Below are positions 40,936 to 48,683 of a stretch of DNA of 64,000 nucleotides, in pieces. The first letter of the stretch is position 1, and the number at the start of each line of letters is the position of its first letter. The notes below the pieces were generated by a model, which was given only the letters and a program-made list of their open reading frames with translations, was not told the origin of the DNA and did not search any database. A program made the position numbers and the translations under genes. The DNA is from Cyanobacteria bacterium P01_D01_bin.156 (GTDB lineage Bacteria; Cyanobacteriota; Cyanobacteriia; Phormidesmidales; Phormidesmidaceae), in assembly GCA_039024555.1 (NCBI GenBank), contig JBCCQQ010000018.1:37921-101920 (forward strand), read 5' to 3'.

Positions 40936-42582
40936 ATGCAAGAGAGTAGCGACTTCAACTTTCTGACATCTCCTTTGCATGAGCACTGCTTTTCTGCTGA
41001 TGTGGATTATGTCTATACAGCACCCTGTCCTCAAACTGGAGAAATGTGGCAGTTGCTTCGTACCCCCGAAGTAGAAGCAATTGCTAGAAAGTTCATACAA
41101 GAAAATCTGACACACAATCCTGAAGCTTTACAAACATCCAGTCTGTATGGAGTCCTTCTAGTCGAAACGGCCCAGGGTGAGCAAAAAGTTCTGGTGGGGT
41201 GTTCAGGCTCTCTAAATAGTCCAATAAATGGTCAGGGATTTGAGTGGGTTCCGCCAGTTACGGATCAGGTACGTATTGTTTTAATGGAGCCTTATGTTTT
41301 AGCGAAACTTGATCAGTTGAAAGCGAAACTTATTGCTCTTAGTCAGTTGCTGGAACGCACACTATATGAGCAACAAAAGCAGCAGTATGAGGAGAGGCTG
41401 ACTCAGTTAAAAGATAGTCTGCGTAGGCGTAAAGAGGAGCGCGATCGCAAACGGACTGACTATTCTAAGACTTTAAAGGGAGATATCCTTACCAAGGCTC
41501 TACATAACCTCAAGAGAGAAAGCCAACAAGATAAACACCAACTTCGTTGTCTTAAGCAAGAGCGAGATAAAACGCTTACGCCTTTAATGGTGGCAATCAG
41601 TCAATCCGATCAGCATATAAAAGACCTTAAAAAACAATACATAACTCTTTCTAAGCAGTGGCAAAGTCAGCTACAGGTTGCCTACGCTGCTGCAATTCTG
41701 GGAAAAGCACCTTGTCTGGAATTAGAAAGTATTACCCAATATCTAAATGTCAGTTTGTCTGAGCAAGTGTGCCAACGCGCATCAGCTAAACTTTTGCATT
41801 TTGCAGCTAAACATCATCTAAAACCGTTAGCCATGGCAGAATTTTGGTGGAGAGCTTCGCAAGAAAAACTCCAGCTAGGAGAGTTTTATGATGTATCACC
41901 AGAAGAATGTCAACTGCTGATGCAAATTGCCACCATGCCATCTCAAAAGGCTGACTACGAAGCTATACCGATTCTCTACCAAGACGATGCAATTATTGTG
42001 GTGGATAAACCTGCAGGAATCCTATCCGTCCCTGGACGTCGGTACCATCTCCAGGACAGTGTTCTTAGCCGACTGCGTCTTAAGCTTTCCCCTAATGTGC
42101 AAATCGTGCATCGCCTTGATCAAGCCACATCGGGATTAATGGTTCTAGCACTGTCGACCGATGTGCATAAATCCCTAAGTCAACAGTTTGCTCAGCAGCA
42201 GGTCTATAAAACCTATGAAGCCATCCTAAGTCGAGCCGTGACTATTCGTGAAGGTACTATTAGCCTACCGCTATGGAACAACCCTGCTGAGAGACCCATG
42301 CGGTCGGTCCATCGGTTATATGGAAAACCTAGCGTGACCTATTTTCAAGTAATCCAACCAGGTGAAAATCCTAGGGTGATGTTTACACCCAAAACAGGAC
42401 GCACACATCAGCTACGAGTCCATGCCGCCCATGCCCAAGGACTTAATTCTCCCATCCTTGGAGACAATCTCTATGGCCACAGTCATTCAGGATTGAGGCT
42501 GCATCTCCATGCGTCATCCTTACAGTTTATGCACCCGCTCAGCAAAGAACAGCTGCAGTTTGACAGTAGTGCCCCATTCTAG
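40936..42582 (+). CDS. Long-form RluA-family pseudouridine synthase with N-terminal coiled-coil extension
   Basis: VDKPAG, HRLDQATSG (catalytic Asp), TGRTHQLRVH, ILGDNLYG, LHLHA; start uncertain (40906 or 40936). Confidence 0.88.
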   Translation: MQESSDFNFLTSPLHEHCFSADVDYVYTAPCPQTGEMWQLLRTPEVEAIARKFIQENLTHNPEALQTSSLYGVLLVETAQGEQKVLVGCSGSLNSPINGQGFEWVPPVTDQVRIVLMEPYVLAKLDQLKAKLIALSQLLERTLYEQQKQQYEERLTQLKDSLRRRKEERDRKRTDYSKTLKGDILTKALHNLKRESQQDKHQLRCLKQERDKTLTPLMVAISQSDQHIKDLKKQYITLSKQWQSQLQVAYAAAILGKAPCLELESITQYLNVSLSEQVCQRASAKLLHFAAKHHLKPLAMAEFWWRASQEKLQLGEFYDVSPEECQLLMQIATMPSQKADYEAIPILYQDDAIIVVDKPAGILSVPGRRYHLQDSVLSRLRLKLSPNVQIVHRLDQATSGLMVLALSTDVHKSLSQQFAQQQVYKTYEAILSRAVTIREGTISLPLWNNPAERPMRSVHRLYGKPSVTYFQVIQPGENPRVMFTPKTGRTHQLRVHAAHAQGLNSPILGDNLYGHSHSGLRLHLHASSLQFMHPLSKEQLQFDSSAPF

Positions 42583-42622
42583 AGGTATGAAATGTGGAAG
42601 GACAAAGGCGATAAAAACACTA

Positions 42623-43099
42623 TTATATGGTGTATCCCTCAGCTTTAAGCTCCTGGAGGACTTCTTCTGCTAAATTTTGACCCCATGCTTGTCCGACTAT
42701 AAAGCTCTCTTGCATCACAAGGGGCATCTTTGCGTTAATGGCTTGCCCTACTGGTGTTCGATTAAATTCGATGAGGGCATTTATTTCTTCAATTGTGAAG
42801 TATTTATCGTAGATTCTAGCAACTAATGCATCGAGCTCAGTCGGGTCAACTTTAGCTAAAAATTTCTCCCACCAAGTGTCAGGCACGTCAGGAAAAGATT
42901 GCTTGACCGATCCAATAACAAGATCCATAATCTGAACATACTGATCTTCAGATCCTGTTAACTCTAAAAGTTCCTCAATTTGTTCGATTTTTGTTGTTTC
43001 AGTTTGAGGTGTCTCTGCCGAGAATACTGGTTGGGCAATTGATAGCAGTAAAGTAATGACAAAAAAGAGGCCAAGTATCTTCTGAGACAATGTTTTCAT
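42623..43099 (-). CDS. DUF2059-family exported protein
   Basis: Signal peptide from MKTLSQ; IYDKYFTIEEINALIEFNRTPVGQ motif. Confidence 0.8.
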   Translation of the reverse strand: MKTLSQKILGLFFVITLLLSIAQPVFSAETPQTETTKIEQIEELLELTGSEDQYVQIMDLVIGSVKQSFPDVPDTWWEKFLAKVDPTELDALVARIYDKYFTIEEINALIEFNRTPVGQAINAKMPLVMQESFIVGQAWGQNLAEEVLQELKAEGYTI

Positions 43100-43356
43100 A
43101 ACCTTTGTTTTAGGGATGGGATATCTTTCTTTTGATGCTCGAACGCAAATTATCAAAACCTACAGTCCCAACACTAGACTGTCAGGATGTCAAAAATGGA
43201 TTCGTTTACTACGCATCCATCTGTTCAAGGTGCCCAGTCTTCGTTCTTTTCCATAGACGTTTTACGAAGGTTATTTGTGTTCGGCCTTGTCTGAATCTTT
43301 AGAATGCCTCACCAAACGTTAAACTAAGGGCTAAACGACCAGAATCTGCCTTTGCT

Positions 43357-43728
43357 GTGAACCTATTGAAAAATCTTCGTGGTGGCGCGCTCATGGGGGT
43401 CGGCTATATGCTGTCTCCACTTTCTTGGTGGAACGATCTATTTTTCAATCTACCAATCGCGTTGGTTTTTGGCTATGGAGTAAGTTGGTTCAATCCTCAC
43501 TGGTTTCTTCCGAGTACAGTGGTGGGCTACTGGCTCTCCAATGTGATTGGGATGGTGATGATGCAGTTTGGTGCAATCGATATCTTTCTACCAGACACGC
43601 AGCGGAACCTAGTCAGAGATAGCTTAATTGGATGTGGCGGAGCAACACTCTACACAGTAGTTGTTGCTGCATTAATCTACTTCCATATTCTCGATATTCC
43701 TGAGTTCTTGACAGATTTGCATCCTTAA
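43357..43728 (+). CDS. Conserved hypothetical membrane protein
   Basis: GYMLSPLSWWNDLFFNLP motif, 3-4 TM segments. Confidence 0.75.
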   Translation: MNLLKNLRGGALMGVGYMLSPLSWWNDLFFNLPIALVFGYGVSWFNPHWFLPSTVVGYWLSNVIGMVMMQFGAIDIFLPDTQRNLVRDSLIGCGGATLYTVVVAALIYFHILDIPEFLTDLHP

Positions 43729-43733
43729 ATAAA

Positions 43734-44564
43734 TTAGCTTAAGGCTGACATCATGGCTTGTTGGGCAACGCTTTGATAAAGTCCCGTCAGGTATCCATTG
43801 ATGACTTGTGCATCGCTGGCTGGTAGTGGCATGGCACCTAACAAGTCTAGTACTGTTTGCTCTGCTGGTGTGATCACGACTAAAGAAGAATCTAGATCAT
43901 CATCGTAGTTCCAAAAACTCTCTAGATCGAGAGTCTGTGACTTAGGCTCAGGTGCAATAACAACTTCTTCTGTTGTCTCAGCGATATCTGCTGGAGGATT
44001 TTCAGCTACCTGTTGTTTCCGTTTTTCACGAATTGCCGTAATAATCTGTTCTTTGGTGCGTCCTCTGAGTTGGAAAAGAACAAAAGGGTCTTCTCGAAAG
44101 GCATCTGCTAGCTGATAGTAAACGGCAGCGATGTGCTTGCACGGGTTTTTAGGATCGGGGCAGTTACACTTGGAATGAACGTCCGCGAGAGTAAATGGAA
44201 ATAGACTTAACCCGTTAGCGGTGAAGACGCTCTCGATATCTGCAGGCATTTCACCAGCCAGCAGCTGGGCAGAATACAGGGCTTTTTTTGACAGGGTATC
44301 GATGACAAAATCCCAGTCTTCATCGGCGAAGCGATCAATCCAAATGGATAGCTTGTAGGGATCATCGGCGGTTCCCTGGACCGAGGCATGCACCTTGGAC
44401 TCAGTAAAGTCTAGCTTGAGGATGTGTCCTTCACGGGCATAGCGTCGTCCCCGCTCCAGACGTTTTTTGAACCGGTAGGAGTTTAGCAGGTCTACCCACT
44501 GTTGGACCCACCAGGCTTCAGATTCGAGTTCGTAGGGATTAGTGGGTGCTTGGTAGGAGGTCAT
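43734..44564 (-). CDS. SWIM zinc-finger protein
   Basis: CNCPD...PCKHIAAV, RLERGRRYAR, DPFVLFQLRG. Confidence 0.9.
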   Translation of the reverse strand: MTSYQAPTNPYELESEAWWVQQWVDLLNSYRFKKRLERGRRYAREGHILKLDFTESKVHASVQGTADDPYKLSIWIDRFADEDWDFVIDTLSKKALYSAQLLAGEMPADIESVFTANGLSLFPFTLADVHSKCNCPDPKNPCKHIAAVYYQLADAFREDPFVLFQLRGRTKEQIITAIREKRKQQVAENPPADIAETTEEVVIAPEPKSQTLDLESFWNYDDDLDSSLVVITPAEQTVLDLLGAMPLPASDAQVINGYLTGLYQSVAQQAMMSALS

Positions 44565-44704
44565 TGGTTAACAAAAGTAGATGGGTGCTGTGTAGAAGAT
44601 GTAGTTGGGATATCAAGGCTAGACGAGCAATCTTAGTAAGGCCACAATTCGGAATTTTGAGTTCAAAATTCGAAAGTTTGGACAATTTCTGACTTCCGAG
44701 TTCC

Positions 44705-46105
44705 TCATTCAGGAATGCTGCTCATCTTTTCTAAATCGAGCACTTCATTTAGTTTATCTTCTGGCATTAGATTTTTTTCTAATACGAGCTGACGCATGGA
44801 TTTGCCAGTTTCTAGGGATTCTTTGGCAATATCGGCTGCATTGAGATAGCCGATATGGGTGTTGAGGGCGGTCACCAGGGCAAGGCTGCCCTCGGCGAAG
44901 TCACGACAGCGATCGCGACGCGCGGTAATGCCAGTTAGACATCGCTGATCGAGGGCGTTGATGGTATTGCCGAGGATCTCAATGCTGTGGATTAGGTCGT
45001 AGGCAATGAGGGGCATCATCACATTTAGCTCCAGCTGACCCGCTTGGGCAGCACAAGCAATAGCCTGATCGTAGCCCATGACTTGGAAACATACCATTGA
45101 GGTCATTTCGGCCATTACTGGGTTATATTTCCCAGGCATGATAGAGGAACCCGGCTGTACAGGGGGAAGCTGGATTTCTTTTAGACCGGTTTTGGGACCA
45201 GAATCGAGTAGGCGCAGGTCGTGGGAAATTTTGACCAGGTCCTGGGCGATATTGCGCAGGTTGCTGGAGACGGCCACAAAGGGAGCCATACTCTGCATAG
45301 CGGCCATTAGGTGTGGGGCGCTGGTGAGGGGTTGACCGGTGAATCTGGCCAATAGTTCGGCGACGCGATGGCGATAGTTGGGATGGGTGTTAAGGCCGGT
45401 GCCGGTGGCGCTGCCACCCAGACCCAATACACACAGATCCTGGGCAGCGGTGCGCAGACGGCGCAGGTGATCGGTCAAAATAACTTCCCACGCACGAAAG
45501 CTTTCGCCCAGGCGGATGGGGACAGCATCCTGCATGTGGGTACGTCCGGAACGGACAATATCTTGAAATTCGGCTGCCTTTGTGTGGAGTGTTGCGATCG
45601 CACCTTCCAACGCCGGATACAGCGTATGTTCCAGCGCCAGTAGTCCTCCTACTCGTATGGCTGTGGGAATCACATCATTGGTGGACTGACCGTAGTTCAC
45701 ATGGTCATTAGGGCTGACCCGTTTGTAGTTACCCTTTTCATCGCCCAGCAGTTCTAGCGCTCGATTCGCCAGCACCTCATTAATATTCATGTGGTGAGAG
45801 GTGCCTGCTCCCGCCTGGTATACGTCCACAATAAATTGGTCCCGTAGTGACCCTTTGAGGACTTCATCGGCAGCAGAGACAATCGCCTGGGACAGGTCCG
45901 TGGGGATGCAGTCCAGTTCACCATTTGCGATCGCAGCTGCCTTTTTAATCAATAAACAGGCATCCACATAGGTGGGTAACGGCTTGAGACCACTAATGGG
46001 AAAATTTTCCACCGCTCGTAGGGTCTGAATACCGTAGTAGGCCGCTGAGGGGATTGCCTTTTCCCCCATGGAATCTTTTTCAATACGGCTGGTGGAAGTA
46101 GTCAT
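44705..46105 (-). CDS. aspA: Aspartate ammonia-lyase (own ATG at 46105; also in frame with the upstream RluA domain)
   Basis: RIEKDSMG, YYGIQT, GAGTSHHMN, QSTND, GRTHMQDA, GSSIMPGKYNP fumarase/aspartase signature. Confidence 0.9.
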   Translation of the reverse strand: MTTSTSRIEKDSMGEKAIPSAAYYGIQTLRAVENFPISGLKPLPTYVDACLLIKKAAAIANGELDCIPTDLSQAIVSAADEVLKGSLRDQFIVDVYQAGAGTSHHMNINEVLANRALELLGDEKGNYKRVSPNDHVNYGQSTNDVIPTAIRVGGLLALEHTLYPALEGAIATLHTKAAEFQDIVRSGRTHMQDAVPIRLGESFRAWEVILTDHLRRLRTAAQDLCVLGLGGSATGTGLNTHPNYRHRVAELLARFTGQPLTSAPHLMAAMQSMAPFVAVSSNLRNIAQDLVKISHDLRLLDSGPKTGLKEIQLPPVQPGSSIMPGKYNPVMAEMTSMVCFQVMGYDQAIACAAQAGQLELNVMMPLIAYDLIHSIEILGNTINALDQRCLTGITARRDRCRDFAEGSLALVTALNTHIGYLNAADIAKESLETGKSMRQLVLEKNLMPEDKLNEVLDLEKMSSIPE

Positions 46106-47155
46106 TGCGTCGGGTCTGCTAATTGGGCCAATGTTGATAGTAACGGTTGAATGAAGTCTGTGCACCCTCTTTGCTTGCCTAGGGGACAATTCCCCTGGGG
46201 ACTCGCAGGATAAGGTTAGAGGTTGCCCTGTCGTCGGGTGAGTGAACGATAGCTGATGGGCATGCAGCCAGTAGCCACAGTCGCTGGGGATGGCAGTACT
46301 TGCTGCGTGGGGATGGCCTCCAGGCATATAAAGCGGATCGCCCAGAAGGGGATAGCCGATGCTGGCTAAATGAATCCGAATCTGATGGGGTCTGCCGGTC
46401 AGGATGGTGACATCCAACAATGTGGCGGTAGAACTGCGACTAATAACGCTACAGTTGCTCTGAGCATCTAATCCATCTGGGTTGGCTCCATAGATATAGC
46501 CCAGCTGAGGATATGGAATTTTGCCGATGGGCTGAGTAATCGTGAACTGGTCTTGCAAAGCATCGGCTGAGCCGATAAGAGCACGGTAGGTTTTGGTTAG
46601 GGTGCGCTGGCGCATTTGCTGACTCAGGTGGGCGCGGGCAGCTTTTGTTTTGGCAATGAGCATAATGCCCGAAGTCCCTCGCCCTAAACGATGGATGGGG
46701 GCAGCGGTACGATAGCCCTGACGCAACTGCCATAGGAGAGTGTGCTGGAGAAAATTGCCCCCTGGTAAGACAGGCAGTCCTGATGGCTTATGTACTGCCA
46801 GGAGCTCAGCGTCTTCGTAAATAATTTCTATTTCTAAAGGAACGCCAGGTTCTTGCCATGGCGAACGATGGTAAGTTAGCTTTTGCCCTGGTTTAAGTAG
46901 AGTTATTGGCGTAGCGAGCTGATTGTTCAGCAAGATCTGACCCGACTCGATACGCTGTTGCCAGGTTGCTCGATTCGAATGCTGATAATTCTGGGTGTAG
47001 TAGTCAAGAAGAGTCGTCCCAGCGTGATGGGGGGGGACAACATCACCATAAGTCCAGCCATCATTAAACGCCGGAGGGTGGGCACCGCCCACCCTCCGAG
47101 GAACAAAACAACTGTGACTGTTTTTGCTCAATTGCTCAGTGCGAATGCCGGTCAA
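46106..47155 (-). CDS. RluA/RluD-family pseudouridine synthase, open without a stop into aspA
   Basis: VHKPSGLP, HRLGRGTSG, TGRPHQIRIH, LLGDPLY, WLHAH; note HRLG rather than the usual HRLD; start uncertain. Confidence 0.8.
47072..47098. repeat. REP-like hairpin (variant of GTAGGGTGGGCA..GCCCACCCTAC)
   Basis: CGGAGGGTGGGC-ACC-GCCCACCCTCCG, 12-bp perfect stem. Confidence 0.65.
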
Positions 47156-47157
47156 GC

Positions 47158-47577
47158 TTACTTCTTGAATAAACCAGCAAAACTCCCTTTAACCTGATTG
47201 GCAATTGTCTGTAAACCGCCTGCAACACCCGGCTTAGGTGGTACTGCCAATGTAATTGGCTCATCCTTAAACGCTTTTACCCGGTAGCCGTACTCCAGGT
47301 TTGTCTTATTTTTGCGCAGAATCGGATAAATCCGAAAAGCACCCTGGAGTAAGTCGTCCTCACTGGCAAAAATAGCCCGGTCAATATCCACGGATCGCTT
47401 CACAGCAATCACGCCTACCGGGTACCACTGCTTCTTGTCCTTAATGCGAATGTGTACCTCAAACTCAGGATCTCCAGATTCCCGTCGCTGATCCATTTCC
47501 TGAGAGGCTTGCTTACGGCGCTTGGTGGCTTCAGACACCTTGGGTTTCGGTTTAACTTTGCCAAATCCAGTGGCCAT
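47158..47577 (-). CDS. HHL1-like conserved cyanobacterial protein
   Basis: GFGK start, WYPVG, AIFASEDDLLQGAFR, LEYGYR. Confidence 0.7.
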   Translation of the reverse strand: MATGFGKVKPKPKVSEATKRRKQASQEMDQRRESGDPEFEVHIRIKDKKQWYPVGVIAVKRSVDIDRAIFASEDDLLQGAFRIYPILRKNKTNLEYGYRVKAFKDEPITLAVPPKPGVAGGLQTIANQVKGSFAGLFKK

Positions 47578-47714
47578 AGGAATACCTCTTGAGGACTACG
47601 TGTTATAAAAGTTTACATCGATTTAAGGAATGGTGGATCAGTATGCGCCCTATCGATGGATGCTCAGAGGCGTAGCTGATAGGGTGTAGCAACGATCTAC
47701 CCACATTCAATCCA

Positions 47715-48587
47715 TTGACTTCAAATTCTGGTTTACTCTACGCGCTACTTGCCTACGGCGCTTGGGGGCTTTTCCCCCTTTACTGGAAATTTTTTGGCTC
47801 GGTCTCGCCGATTGAGGTACTCAGCCATCGCATGCTGTGGTCTCTTGTTTTTTTAGGTGGTATTTTGACCATTCAACGGCGACTGTCGGACCTGCGTCAG
47901 GTCCCGCGTCGTCAGCTAGTCGCGCTGTTAGGCACAGCTGTGCTATTGAGCTGTAATTGGGGGCTGTACATCTATGGTGTCAATACAGATCGCATTGTCG
48001 AAACTAGCCTGGGTTATTTTATTAACCCCTTAGTATCTGTTTTGTTGGGGTTTGTTGTGCTCCGAGAGAGGCTGCATCGTGGACAGCAGATAGCGGTGGT
48101 GTTAGCCACTGCTGGTGTGGGTTACTTTATTTGGCAATTTGGAGCAGTGCCCTGGATCGCTCTAGGTCTGGCCGGTACGTTTGCCCTTTATGGGTTGTTT
48201 CGAAAAATTGTTGCGATCGCACCCATGATCGGCCTAGCTGTGGAGACCGCTTTGATGGCCCCAGTGGCATTGTTGAGTATTGTCTATTGGGCTAAAACAG
48301 GGACTGGCAGTTTTGGCAACAATCTTGGTCTGACAGTGTTGTTTATTGGTGCAGGTGTGGCCACATCCATGCCGCTACTGTGGTTTAACAATGCGGCGAA
48401 ACGATTGTCGCTATCCACACTTGGCTTTTGTCAATACATGGCACCATCTCTGCAGCTGATGATTGGAGTCTTTCTATATCAGGAACCGTTTACCCAAACC
48501 CACCTGATCAGCTTTAGCTTTATTTGGACAGCATTGTTAATCTACTCAAGTACATCGTTGTTGAGGCAAAAATCAACAGCACCTTAG
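47715..48587 (+). CDS. rarD: EamA-family transporter RarD
   Basis: AYGAWGLFPLYWK, SLGYFINPL, GFCQYMAPSLQ. Confidence 0.92.
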   Translation: MTSNSGLLYALLAYGAWGLFPLYWKFFGSVSPIEVLSHRMLWSLVFLGGILTIQRRLSDLRQVPRRQLVALLGTAVLLSCNWGLYIYGVNTDRIVETSLGYFINPLVSVLLGFVVLRERLHRGQQIAVVLATAGVGYFIWQFGAVPWIALGLAGTFALYGLFRKIVAIAPMIGLAVETALMAPVALLSIVYWAKTGTGSFGNNLGLTVLFIGAGVATSMPLLWFNNAAKRLSLSTLGFCQYMAPSLQLMIGVFLYQEPFTQTHLISFSFIWTALLIYSSTSLLRQKSTAP

Positions 48588-48597
48588 CTTTAAAGCA

Positions 48598-48636
48598 ACA
48601 GGTCTAGCTTTGAGATGTTCTCAAAACTAGACCTGT
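48598..48636. terminator. Hairpin between convergent rarD and cphA
   Basis: ACAGGTCTAG-C-TTTGAGA ... TCTCAAA-A-CTAGACCTGT. Confidence 0.7.
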
Positions 48637-48683
48637 AAAACAGACGGGCTCCTTAATTAATTTTCCATTAGGAAAACAAACTG

